Part shown: piece after piece, positions 26,897 to 35,524 of the stretch | Layout of the letters: every line of letters begins with the position of its first letter | Numbering within the stretch: position 1 is the stretch's first letter | Assembly (NCBI GenBank): GCA_002419145.1 | Contig: DIFN01000076.1 | Location: forward strand, 51,620-115,619 | DNA length: 64,000 nucleotides | Direction of reading: 5' to 3' | From: Mageeibacillus sp. UBA5747 | Lineage (GTDB): Bacteria; Bacillota; Clostridia; Saccharofermentanales; UBA5734 | Made by a program: the position numbers and the translations under genes | The notes under the pieces: model-generated | What the model was told of the DNA's origin: nothing | The model's input: only the letters and a program-made list of their open reading frames with translations | Databases searched by the model: none

Positions 26897-27430
26897 ATGA
26901 GCCGCACTGAAGAACCCGACCAGCCCTGTTATGATGCCATTCTGACCTTTGCAGCAGGTGCCCTTCACATCCAGAGCAACGAAAAGGCCATCATCCGGAT
27001 CCATTTCCTGCCCCCTGACTTTCCCGGCGCCAGTCGGCCAGGTCACCAGATGATCGTGGATGATGCACCGCCGGTACTCATCGCAGCCTGCCATCAGGTG
27101 CGGGCATATTTTTCCGGTCAGCTGCAGCAATTCACCACCCCGATCGAAATTCAGGCAGGCAGTCCCTTTCAGCGCCAAGTCTGGGAACAGGTGCGCCAGA
27201 TCCCTTTTGGTGCTACCTGGTCTTATGAAGAACTGGCCTTCAGGATTGCCAAGCCTGGCCAGGTGCCACGCCAGCTGGCCAGGGCCGTGGGAGCAGCCTG
27301 TGCCGCCAACCCCGTGCCGGTGATGATCCCTTGCCACCGGGTGATTGGCAAGAACGGTCATTTGGTGGGATTTTCCGGCGGGATCAACTTGAAAGCCTAT
27401 CTGCTCAACCATGAAATGCTGGGCATCTGA
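26897..27430 (+). CDS. ogt: Methylated-DNA--protein-cysteine methyltransferase
   Basis: The active-site motif IPCHRVIGKNG and the helix-turn-wing segment (TWSYEELA) are present. Confidence 0.88.
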   Translation: MSRTEEPDQPCYDAILTFAAGALHIQSNEKAIIRIHFLPPDFPGASRPGHQMIVDDAPPVLIAACHQVRAYFSGQLQQFTTPIEIQAGSPFQRQVWEQVRQIPFGATWSYEELAFRIAKPGQVPRQLARAVGAACAANPVPVMIPCHRVIGKNGHLVGFSGGINLKAYLLNHEMLGI

Positions 27431-27442
27431 AAGCGAGGAGCC

Positions 27443-28141
27443 ATGGATTTGAACCCTGATTTGAAAAATGAAACGGAGCTGACTGCTCCCACCAAGATAA
27501 CCCTGAACCCTGCGACCTTGCTGGCGCCGATTCCTGTTGTTCTCTTATCTTGCCGCGGCCTACCTGGTGAAGGCTGCGACCAGCCCAATCTGATCACGGT
27601 CGCCTGGGCTGGCACGATCAATTCCGAACCGCCCATGATTTCTGTGTCCATCCGGCCATCCCGTTTTTCCCATGCCCAGATCAGCCAGAGCCGAGAATTT
27701 GTCATCAATCTGGTTGATGACAAGCTGCTCCAGGCGACTGATTTCTGTGGTGTCAAATCAGGCCGGGATTTGGACAAATTTGCTGCCTGCCATCTGACTG
27801 CGGTCCAGGCCAGCCAGATGGTCCACGCGCCTGCCGTCGCCCAAAGCCTTCTGACGCTTTCCTGCCAGGTGGAGCAAATCCTGCCCCTCGGTTCGCACGA
27901 CTTGTTTCTTGCCCGTGTGGCAGCCGTTGAAGTGAGCCCAGACCTGCTCGATGAAGACAATCGCTTGCGTCTGGACAAAGCCCGGCTGGTGGCCTATGCC
28001 CATGGCAATTATTATGCTCTGGGTAAGATGCTGGGATTTTTTGGCTATTCCGTTGCCCGGCCGAAAGTACTGGCCAAGCGGATGCCTCAGGTAAAGCAAG
28101 GCACAAAAAGCAGTAAAGGCCGCCATCTGAAAGACCACTGA
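27443..28141 (+). CDS. Flavin reductase family protein (FMN-binding split barrel)
   Basis: Pattern ITVAWAGTINSEPPMISVSIRPSRFSH...FVINL is typical of flavin reductase-like domain proteins. Has a Lys-rich C-terminal tail. Confidence 0.75.
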   Translation: MDLNPDLKNETELTAPTKITLNPATLLAPIPVVLLSCRGLPGEGCDQPNLITVAWAGTINSEPPMISVSIRPSRFSHAQISQSREFVINLVDDKLLQATDFCGVKSGRDLDKFAACHLTAVQASQMVHAPAVAQSLLTLSCQVEQILPLGSHDLFLARVAAVEVSPDLLDEDNRLRLDKARLVAYAHGNYYALGKMLGFFGYSVARPKVLAKRMPQVKQGTKSSKGRHLKDH

Positions 28142-28143
28142 AA

Positions 28144-28177
28144 AGGGCTGCCTGTCACGAAGACAGTGCAGCCCTTT
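28144..28177. terminator. Bidirectional hairpin terminator between convergent flavin reductase and pfp genes
   Basis: Long stem GGGCTGCCTGTC / GACAGTGCAGCCC (one bulge), flanked by AAAA and TTT. Confidence 0.65.
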
Positions 28178-28206
28178 GCGTGGTGTGCTTGCGACCCAGG
28201 GATCAA

Positions 28207-29454
28207 TTACTTCTTCTCGACGAGGACTTTCTTGAGCTTGGCGAAGCGGGGCAGGCCATCTTCGATAGCGATCTTCGACTCGCCCTGGATCAGGGGCAGG
28301 GCATACTCGATGAATTTTTCATTGACAAAGTTCCCTTCGTCATTGATCCATTCTTTCGGGACAACCTTTTCGGTATTGGCGACCTCGTTCAGAGGGATCA
28401 GCTTGATTTCGCACTTGTATTCACCCTGTTCCGGACGCTGGAAACCGACCATGAAATCAGTCATGCCGTCAACAGCGATGCGGACTGCAGTCTGGCCGGA
28501 GAGGAAAGACTCGTCGACGTCCGTTTTGGAAGCCAGGTGGGCAGCGCAGCGCTGCATCAGGGACAATTCGATGCCACGGACCTTACAGCCGATTTTCTCC
28601 TTGAGGTAATTTGCCAGGACCGACGCAGTGCCACCCATTTGCTTGTGACCAAACGCATCGACAGAGACTTCACCGACCAACTCAGGGATGTACTTGCCTT
28701 CTTTGGTCTTGACACCCTCAGAAACGCAGACGATGACTTTCTTTTCCTTCTCGTAGATGGTCTTGACGTTGGCGAGCATCTGATCGAGGTCAAAGTCGAC
28801 TTCCGGCAGGTAAATCAGGTCCGGACCGAGACCCTTGTAAGCAGCCAGGGCAGAAGCGGCAGTCAGCCAGCCAGCGTTGCGGCCCATGATTTCGATGACT
28901 GTGATCATGCCGGTGTCATAGACGCGGGCATCGAGGTAGACCTCCATGACTGTGGTGGCGATGTACTTGGCCGCGGAGGCAAAGCCGGGGCAGTGGTCGG
29001 TGCCAAACAAGTCATTGTCAATGGTCTTGGGCACGCCGATGACGCGGCATTCATAGCCGGATTGGGCGATGAATTTAGAGATCTTGTTGCAGGTATCCAT
29101 CGAGTCATTGCCGCCGTTGTAGAAGAAATAGCGGATGTTGTATTTCTTGAAGACCTCGAGGATGCGCTTGTAGTCGGTATCGTCGACTTCTGGCTTGGCC
29201 AGCTTATACCGGCAGGAACCGAGAGCAGAGGATGGGGTCGTCTTCAACAGTTCGAGCTCGGCCGGATCTTCCTGGCCAATGTCATAGAATTTCTCGTTCA
29301 GGATGCCAACGATGCCATTAGCCGCACCGTAGACCTTCTCGATCACACCAGTCTGCCTGAGGGCTTCTGTAAAGACACCTGCAGCACTGGCGTTGATGAC
29401 CGAAGTCGGGCCGCCGGACTGGCCAAAAATCGCATTACCAATCAGTTTGCTCAT
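28207..29454 (-). CDS. pfp: 6-phosphofructokinase, probably pyrophosphate-dependent (Pfp type)
   Basis: 415 aa with FGQSGGPTSVINA, GGNDSMDT (Asp where ATP-PFKs have Gly) and GVPKTIDNDL. Size matches clostridial PPi-PFKs. Confidence 0.8.
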   Translation of the reverse strand: MSKLIGNAIFGQSGGPTSVINASAAGVFTEALRQTGVIEKVYGAANGIVGILNEKFYDIGQEDPAELELLKTTPSSALGSCRYKLAKPEVDDTDYKRILEVFKKYNIRYFFYNGGNDSMDTCNKISKFIAQSGYECRVIGVPKTIDNDLFGTDHCPGFASAAKYIATTVMEVYLDARVYDTGMITVIEIMGRNAGWLTAASALAAYKGLGPDLIYLPEVDFDLDQMLANVKTIYEKEKKVIVCVSEGVKTKEGKYIPELVGEVSVDAFGHKQMGGTASVLANYLKEKIGCKVRGIELSLMQRCAAHLASKTDVDESFLSGQTAVRIAVDGMTDFMVGFQRPEQGEYKCEIKLIPLNEVANTEKVVPKEWINDEGNFVNEKFIEYALPLIQGESKIAIEDGLPRFAKLKKVLVEKK

Positions 29455-29508
29455 GAAAAATCCTCCTGTAATTCCCGGAATTCTTCCGGAACATCAAATA
29501 CCGACATC

Positions 29509-29537
29509 ATCTTACCATGTGAGTCCCAGTGGGACAA
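29509..29537 (-). promoter_or_regulatory. Candidate extended -10 promoter for pfp
   Basis: On the minus strand: TTGTCC, 17-bp spacer, TGgTAAGAT. Confidence 0.5.
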
Positions 29538-29581
29538 GACAAACGTTTCAGGTGTGATTGGTCAGGCAGCCTCCCAACCAT

Positions 29582-30166
29582 TCAGAGAGTCTTGGCTGCC
29601 AGGTATTCGTCGCGCAAAAGGCCATACACCAGCATATCGCGAAAATCACCCGAGCGGCGTACGTGGCGGCGCAGGACACCTTCCTGGACAAAGCCTGCTC
29701 GAGTGAACAGACGGACCGAGGGTTCATTGCCACTGATGATCCGGCACCAGATCCGCTGCAAGTTGAGTTCACCAAAGGCGAAGTCCAGGAGCAGCCCGAG
29801 CGCTTCACTGGCAAATCCCTGGCCCCGCTGTAATCTGGTTGTGATGGCAATGCCGATTTCAGCATGACTATTGGGAAAATCAAGATCATCCAGATTGACA
29901 AGGCCGCAGATCTGACCTTCATGACGGATGGCAAATACAAAATTGCTCTGGCCATCATTCCAGCCTGACAGCAGGCCTTCCAGCTGTTCCAGATTGAAGG
30001 GCCGTATGGTGGTCGGCAAATAATAGCGCAAGGATGAGATATCCTGGAAAAATGGTAGCAAGGCAGCAAGATCGTCCCCGTTGTAGGCAGTCAACGACAA
30101 TCGCGGTCCTGTCAAAGGCAGTTTTTCTGCCACCGGCAGCGGATGGCTGGAAGAAAATTCAGGCAT
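29582..30166 (-). CDS. GNAT family N-acetyltransferase (RimJ/RimL-like)
   Basis: Start set at the ATG at 30166 (MPEFSS) with a GGAGG RBS 7 nt upstream. The acetyl-CoA motif RGQGFASEAL and NxxSxxLFxxxGF are present. Confidence 0.8.
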   Translation of the reverse strand: MPEFSSSHPLPVAEKLPLTGPRLSLTAYNGDDLAALLPFFQDISSLRYYLPTTIRPFNLEQLEGLLSGWNDGQSNFVFAIRHEGQICGLVNLDDLDFPNSHAEIGIAITTRLQRGQGFASEALGLLLDFAFGELNLQRIWCRIISGNEPSVRLFTRAGFVQEGVLRRHVRRSGDFRDMLVYGLLRDEYLAAKTL

Positions 30167-30211
30167 GGTCAAACCTCCAGGTCAAGCATTGGAAACAGGG
30201 GGTGTTTTTAG

Positions 30212-30563
30212 GGAACCACTGATTATGACTGGTTTTTTTGTTTGTACTCTCTGATTTGGCAAATTTCTTCGAGCAAACGGCAAATAGTGTCCGCTTCAGA
30301 GCGCCGTTTTTCTTGGTTTTGTGCCCATTTGTGGTCGCACTGTTCGCCCTGCACGAGCACAGGCATATAGATTCGAACTTGCAAACAGGGTCTCGCGCCT
30401 TACCTTGGTTTTTCGTCGAACAATGTAACAGTATCGTCGCATCCTTAACGCCCTCATCTGACAGGTTGAACCAGCATTGTAAGCTGCATTGTCTTGACCA
30501 CCTGTCTGTTGATACATCTATTTTACAAAACTTCATCTTCCTTGTGCATTCATCAGTGGTTCC
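30212..30563. repeat. 12-bp inverted repeat pair (GGAACCACTGAT) delimiting a 352-bp non-coding segment
   Basis: The left copy at 30212-30223 and the right copy at 30552-30563 (reverse complement) are exact. The right copy abuts the antiporter stop codon. Confidence 0.5.
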
Positions 30564-31523
30564 TTAAAACAACGCCACAGTGATTGTCATACCCAAAAAC
30601 ACAAGATACAGACTCAGCAGAATGATTCCTTCCATGCGCGAGATATGTCTGTTCCGGAGAGCCAAACCCCAGAAAACCAGCATCGCCAAAAACATGCTGA
30701 CCAGATTGACCCAAATTCCCGCGGGTGCGTCAATGGGGTGGATTGTCGCAGAAATACCCAAGACAAAGAGAATATTAAAGATATTACTACCGATGATATT
30801 GCCCACCATGAGCTCATGTTCTTTATGCGATACGGAAACGATACCAACAACCAATTCGGGCAATGATGTGCCAAGCGCGACAATGGTTACGCCGATGACG
30901 GCCTCGCTCAAGCCAATTTTCATTGCTATCTTTCTGGCATTGTCAACAACCAGTTCAGATCCGAGGGCGACACAGGCAAGGCCACCCAGCGTGATGATTA
31001 TATGCTTCCATCGATTGTCCCGGATGAATCGTTTTTCATCCACGGATTCTTCTTGAGTGTCGCCGAGAAGCCTTTTAGCGGTCCCTGCCGACTTCCCCAA
31101 ATAAACCAGGAAACCGACAAATGCTACGAGCAGCATAACTGCTTCCAGACGATTGATTCCACGGCCTGTCAGCAGAAACAAGAGAAAAACGATTTGGGTC
31201 AAAAAGGCAAGCGGAATATCTCTGCTCAAGCTGGCCGGTTCAACTTTCAGAGGATGCATAATGGCAGCAACACCGATAATGAAGGTAATATTGGCAATCG
31301 AGCTACCGATAACTGTGCCAAGCGTTATTTGATTGGTCTGGTTGATGCTGGCCATGACTCCGATTGCCGCCTCGGGCAAACTGGTACCTATAGCTATGAC
31401 CGTTAGTCCGATAATCATGGTTGAGACACCAAAAGACCGTGCAAGTTCCGATGCTGACCGTACCATCCAGTCAGCCCCTTTGATCAACAAAGTAAATCCT
31501 ACAATCAGCAATAAATAATCCAT
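30564..31523 (-). CDS. CaCA family calcium/sodium antiporter (YrbG-like)
   Basis: 319 aa with about 10 TM segments and two alpha-repeat motifs (GTSLPEAA and GTSLPELV). Confidence 0.85.
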   Translation of the reverse strand: MDYLLLIVGFTLLIKGADWMVRSASELARSFGVSTMIIGLTVIAIGTSLPEAAIGVMASINQTNQITLGTVIGSSIANITFIIGVAAIMHPLKVEPASLSRDIPLAFLTQIVFLLFLLTGRGINRLEAVMLLVAFVGFLVYLGKSAGTAKRLLGDTQEESVDEKRFIRDNRWKHIIITLGGLACVALGSELVVDNARKIAMKIGLSEAVIGVTIVALGTSLPELVVGIVSVSHKEHELMVGNIIGSNIFNILFVLGISATIHPIDAPAGIWVNLVSMFLAMLVFWGLALRNRHISRMEGIILLSLYLVFLGMTITVALF

Positions 31524-31651
31524 CTATCTATTATGGCACAATTGGCTTGAAAATATAACATGTAAATCCATCAAAACGATATTGAACACGACAGGGGGGG
31601 TCTGGCCTGTTACGCCTCAAAAAAACCAAGCGGAGATTTCCCCCGGATCGC

Positions 31652-31680
31652 TTGACAAGCCTGTGTGCGATCCTTATAAT
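31652..31680 (+). promoter_or_regulatory. Consensus sigma-A promoter for the tRNA His-Gln-Lys operon
   Basis: TTGACA, 17-bp spacer, TATAAT. Both hexamers match consensus perfectly. Confidence 0.7.
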
Positions 31681-31711
31681 CACTTCGTGCCACGGCAGCC
31701 GGGATCTACGT

Positions 31712-31789
31712 GGTGGGATTAGCTCAGTTGGTTAGAGTGCCAGATTGTGGCTCTGGAAGTCGTGGGTTCGATTCCCATATCCCACCCCA
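31712..31789 (+). tRNA. tRNA-His (anticodon GTG) with encoded G-1
   Basis: Manual fold: G-1, acceptor GTGGGAT/ATCCCAC, anticodon loop TTGTGGC, discriminator C, CCA encoded. Confidence 0.9.
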
Positions 31790-31840
31790 TTCTTCTCCCG
31801 ATCGGGGCGCCAGGCACCTGTGACCGATCATGCCGACCGG

Positions 31841-31915
31841 TGGGGTGTCGCCAAGCGGTAAGGCACGGGACTTTGACTCCCGCATTCGTAGGTTCAAATC
31901 CTGCCACCCCAGCCA
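31841..31915 (+). tRNA. tRNA-Gln (anticodon TTG)
   Basis: Acceptor TGGGGTG/CACCCCA, anticodon stem CGGGA/TCCCG with loop CTTTGAC, CCA encoded. Confidence 0.9.
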
Positions 31916-31917
31916 AC

Positions 31918-31993
31918 GATCCACTAGCTCAGTCGGTAGAGCACCTGACTTTTAATCAGGGGGTCCGGAGTTCGAGCCTCCGGTGGATCACCA
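31918..31993 (+). tRNA. tRNA-Lys (anticodon TTT)
   Basis: Acceptor GATCCAC/GTGGATC, anticodon stem CCTGA/TCAGG with loop CTTTTAA, CCA encoded. Confidence 0.9.
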
Positions 31994-31997
31994 AGAG

Positions 31998-32034
31998 AAA
32001 CCCTGGAACCAGAGCGGCTCCAGGGTTTTTCTTT
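31998..32034. terminator. Rho-independent terminator after the tRNA operon (may also serve convergent aldH)
   Basis: 10-bp stem AAACCCTGGA / TCCAGGGTTT followed by TTTTTCTTT. Confidence 0.7.
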
Positions 32035-32103
32035 GCCCAACGCCCGACATTTCTCAAGATAGTCCGGTCCCCCATTTTGCTTCAGCTGGCATTCAGCTCC
32101 CTC

Positions 32104-33495
32104 TTAGCGCCGCAGGAACCGGACCAAGTTGCGGTAAAAAGAAAGAGCCCGCGTTCCGTAGGGCGGGAACTGCTGGGCAAGATCAAATTTCCCAGAATTC
32201 TGGTATATAATTTTATCATAAGTGAAGGTACGAAGACTTGAAAGGCCATGATACCGGCCATGCCCACTGCTGCCCAAGCCACCAAAGGGCAGGTGACTGC
32301 TGGCGGCGTGGTAGATGAACTGGTTGTGCGCAAAAGAGCTGGTCCGGATGTTCTGAGCCATCCTTTTGGCAAACCGGTTGTCCTGGCTCAGGCAATAAAC
32401 CGTCAAAGGCTGTGGCCGGGCTTTCAAGAGCTCGATGAGTTCTTGCTCGTCCTGATAAGTCTGGATGGGCAGGATCGGGCCAAAGATTTCTTCGGTGGCC
32501 AGGGGTACAGTTGCGGCAAGACCCGTTACAAGGGTCGGAGCAAAATAAAGTGACGTCCGGTCGTAATGACCTCCTGATAGAATCCGGGGTGCTGACTCTG
32601 GCTGCTCTCCCGGATAACCAGCGTGCACCAGACTGGATTCGAGCATCTGCACGAGGCGGTCGAAGTGACCGGTATGTCCGATCCGGCCATAATCCGGGCT
32701 TTGCGCCGGATCTGCACCATAAAAGCTGTTCAACTGGGCTGTCAGCAGTTCGATGAGCTTGGGGGCGTCATGCAGGGGCACCAGGACATCGTCTGGAGCG
32801 ATGCAGGTCTGGCCGCAATTGATGAATTTGGCCCAGACCAGACGCCTGACCAAAATCGGCGTGACACCACCTGGCCCAATGATGACCGGGTTCTTGCCTC
32901 CCAGTTCCAGAACATGGGGGATCAGACGAGAAGAGAGCGATTCCGATACGATTCGGCCGATCTTGCCGCTGCCGGTGAAAAAGACAAAGTCCCAGGATTC
33001 CTGGAGCAACTCTTTTGCAACCTTGGCATCACCAGTCACGATTCTCAGGCGCGGTTCCCCAGGGCCAGTGGGAGCAGGAAAATAACGAGGGGCAAGATCG
33101 GTCAGCAAAGCCGCGGTCGCAGGGGCCAGTTCAGAAGGTTTGAGGACGCAGGTATTACCGGCCAGTAAAGCCCCGGCCACAGGCAGCAGGGAGAGCTGGA
33201 ACGGGTAGTTCCAGGGGCTGATGACCAGCACCCGGCCAAAGGGCTCCCGGCTGATGGTGGCCTGGTTTTGGAACCAGAGACCCAGGCCTCTGACCTGGCT
33301 TGGCTTGAGGACTTTACGACCCTGACGTAAGAGAAAACTGATTTCGTCCAGGACCAGGCTGATTTCTGACGCATAAGCTTCAACCGGCGGTTTGCCGGAA
33401 TCGTGATGCAAGGCTTCGAGAAAGGCCTGCTCGTGGTCTGTGATCATCTGCCGCAGCGCCAGGAGAGCCTTGCGGCCTGCAGCAGGCTCAACCAT
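32104..33495 (-). CDS. aldH: ALDH3-type aldehyde dehydrogenase (candidate 4,4'-diaponeurosporen-aldehyde dehydrogenase)
   Basis: 463 aa with the catalytic motifs ELGGKNP and FINCGQTCIAPD. Overlaps the upstream crtP-like gene by 8 nt. The role is inferred from the cluster context. Confidence 0.8.
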   Translation of the reverse strand: MVEPAAGRKALLALRQMITDHEQAFLEALHHDSGKPPVEAYASEISLVLDEISFLLRQGRKVLKPSQVRGLGLWFQNQATISREPFGRVLVISPWNYPFQLSLLPVAGALLAGNTCVLKPSELAPATAALLTDLAPRYFPAPTGPGEPRLRIVTGDAKVAKELLQESWDFVFFTGSGKIGRIVSESLSSRLIPHVLELGGKNPVIIGPGGVTPILVRRLVWAKFINCGQTCIAPDDVLVPLHDAPKLIELLTAQLNSFYGADPAQSPDYGRIGHTGHFDRLVQMLESSLVHAGYPGEQPESAPRILSGGHYDRTSLYFAPTLVTGLAATVPLATEEIFGPILPIQTYQDEQELIELLKARPQPLTVYCLSQDNRFAKRMAQNIRTSSFAHNQFIYHAASSHLPFGGLGSSGHGRYHGLSSLRTFTYDKIIYQNSGKFDLAQQFPPYGTRALSFYRNLVRFLRR

Positions 33496-34981
33496 GGCTT
33501 TCCCGGTCCAGGATCAGGTGAGCAGTTTGCTGGCCGCTCAGTGTGACCATCGGCATGCCGCCGCCAGGATTGACGGTCCCACCGACGAAATAGAGGTTGT
33601 CATAGTGGGCACTGTGTTTAGGATGTTTAAAACCATGATTGGCCTTGCGGTCAGAAACCACGCCATAGATGGCCCCCCGGTCGGAATAATACGTGTTTTC
33701 CAGATCGACCGGTGTCCAGAAATCTTCGGTCACGATGTGCTGGCGCAAATCGGTCAGCCCCATGCGCTCCAGCTTGCCGAGGACCCGTTCTCTGAGTGCC
33801 AGATAATCCTCCCGGCTGGCCGGGCTTTTCTGGATGTAGGGGATGTGAGGCAGAATCTTGAGATTTTCATGACCTGGCAGAGCCTGGTCCGGATCTGTCT
33901 TATTGACATTGACGACATACAAAGTCGGGTCATCCGGAAGTTCATGGCGATTGAACACTTTGTCAAAATGCTGCCTGGGATTGCCGGAAAAGAAGAAATT
34001 GTGATGGGCTAGCTGCGGGTACAGCCGGTCGACACCAAGGTGCAGCACGATACCGGAACAGGCTGGTTCAAACTTGAACAAGGCTGCCATTTGGGGTTCG
34101 GACCAGCCCAACAGCCTTTTGTAGGCGGGAATGACTTCCATATTGGAGACAAAATAATCCGCCGTCTGGCGTGATCCGTCGGCGAGAATGGCCGCAGTGA
34201 TGCGATTGCCGCCGGTGGTTTCCAGCCCTGTGACCTCACTGGCTGTATGTATTTCGACGCCAATTTCTTTTGCCAGGCGCACAAGACCCAGAGCGATCTT
34301 GTTCATACCGCCCGGCACATACCATTCTCCCATCTGATGCTGCATGTGGATCATCATGTTAAGCACAGCGGGAGCATTGTAGGGTGAAGAGCCCACGTAT
34401 TTGATAAAATAAGCCAGCATATCACGGAAATTTTGGTTGCTGACGCGTTTTGAGATGGCCCCGTACATGGTGGAGAAATAGTCAAAGCCGGTGATTGATT
34501 TAATAATGCCATGTTTGGCAAAGACATCGCGGATGTTATCCAGTCCGGTGCGGCCAAAGTAGCCTTCCGTCGTAATGTCATCCAAGCCTTTGGCATAATC
34601 CAGGAAATTTCTATACTGGCGCATGTCTTCAGCTGTGAGATTCGGGTTTTCCCGGGCCATCTGGTCCAAGTCACTATACAAATCCAGGATGGTGCCGTCC
34701 GGGAAAAAGCTGCGCCATTCGTGTTCCAAGCGGATAATCGGAATGTAGTCTGCCATGTTTTTGCCACTGTTGGCAAATAAGGATTCAAAAATATGCGGCA
34801 TGGTCAGGATCGACGGTCCGAGATCAAAACGAAAGCCGTCCTGTTCCTTGAGATTCAGTTTGCCGCCAATGTGCGGGTTTTTCTCATACAGTCGAACCGA
34901 AAAGCCGTTCTGAGCCAAGGTAATGGCGCTGGAGACACCACCCAGGCCGCCACCGATGATAAGTGCTGATTTCTGTGCCAT
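33488..34981 (-). CDS. crtP: CrtN/CrtI-family FAD oxidoreductase, most like CrtP (4,4'-diaponeurosporene oxygenase)
   Basis: 497 aa. FAD motif IIGGGLGGVSSA, then FDLGPSILTMP, YFIKYVGSSPYNAPAVL, SNMEVIPAYK, YPQLAHHNFFF and VNPGGGMPMVTLSGQQ. These match my recollection of S. aureus CrtP. Confidence 0.75.
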   Translation of the reverse strand: MAQKSALIIGGGLGGVSSAITLAQNGFSVRLYEKNPHIGGKLNLKEQDGFRFDLGPSILTMPHIFESLFANSGKNMADYIPIIRLEHEWRSFFPDGTILDLYSDLDQMARENPNLTAEDMRQYRNFLDYAKGLDDITTEGYFGRTGLDNIRDVFAKHGIIKSITGFDYFSTMYGAISKRVSNQNFRDMLAYFIKYVGSSPYNAPAVLNMMIHMQHQMGEWYVPGGMNKIALGLVRLAKEIGVEIHTASEVTGLETTGGNRITAAILADGSRQTADYFVSNMEVIPAYKRLLGWSEPQMAALFKFEPACSGIVLHLGVDRLYPQLAHHNFFFSGNPRQHFDKVFNRHELPDDPTLYVVNVNKTDPDQALPGHENLKILPHIPYIQKSPASREDYLALRERVLGKLERMGLTDLRQHIVTEDFWTPVDLENTYYSDRGAIYGVVSDRKANHGFKHPKHSAHYDNLYFVGGTVNPGGGMPMVTLSGQQTAHLILDRESHG

Positions 34982-34995
34982 ACAAGAACCTCCTC

Positions 34996-35520
34996 CTATG
35001 GTGTGTCGTTGGATGAAGAATGGATTTTGGTACCCAAAGCGCGTTTCTCAAGCAGTTTTTTGAAGCGAGGCCGATTGTAACGCTGGGCAATAATGCAAGG
35101 GGCATTAGCTACGAGGGCATAACCTATCATGAACCAGCCTGCCCAAGCCGGGTTCCAGAGGAAAAACAGGGGTGCCGGCAACATGGCCAGATAATGCGTC
35201 AATTCTGCCCGACGCGACTCCTGCACAAACCGGGCCAATTCCTCGTCATGAGTGGCTCGAAGTCTTTTCTTGGCATACCCGCGGCCGATCATCTGAGCGC
35301 CGTCAGGCAACCGTTCCTTCCAGTAGCGGACCCGAAACAGCTGGTGCCAGATCTGTCCTTGTCGCTCCCAGTTCCTGGTCTGGTACAGCCAGTGGTCCGA
35401 ATCAAACCAGCGGTCCGGCATGTTCAAGGTTATGAGGGCAGCGGCCATATGAAAAACAAACCAGGCGGCAAAATCAAGCACAAGGGTGAAGACCGAGGAC
35501 AGTTCAATCAGGCGCAACAT
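34996..35520 (-). CDS. crtO: Glycosyl-4,4'-diaponeurosporenoate acyltransferase (CrtO family)
   Basis: 174-aa membrane protein with ESRRAELTHY and ANAPCIIAQRYNRPR motifs, as in S. aureus CrtO. Confidence 0.7.
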   Translation of the reverse strand: MLRLIELSSVFTLVLDFAAWFVFHMAAALITLNMPDRWFDSDHWLYQTRNWERQGQIWHQLFRVRYWKERLPDGAQMIGRGYAKKRLRATHDEELARFVQESRRAELTHYLAMLPAPLFFLWNPAWAGWFMIGYALVANAPCIIAQRYNRPRFKKLLEKRALGTKIHSSSNDTP

Positions 35521-35524
35521 AAGA

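Noticed and set aside
28180-29706. Very long + strand ORF (508 aa) opposite pfp
   Set aside because: It lies antisense to a well-supported PPi-PFK gene. The translation is low-complexity (Asp/Leu/Gly/Val-rich) with no RBS or recognisable motif. This is a typical shadow ORF in GC-rich coding DNA.
31747-32241. 164-aa + strand ORF spanning the tRNA His-Gln-Lys cluster
   Set aside because: It reads straight through three tRNA genes and a terminator. It is an artefact of stop-codon-free structured RNA sequence.
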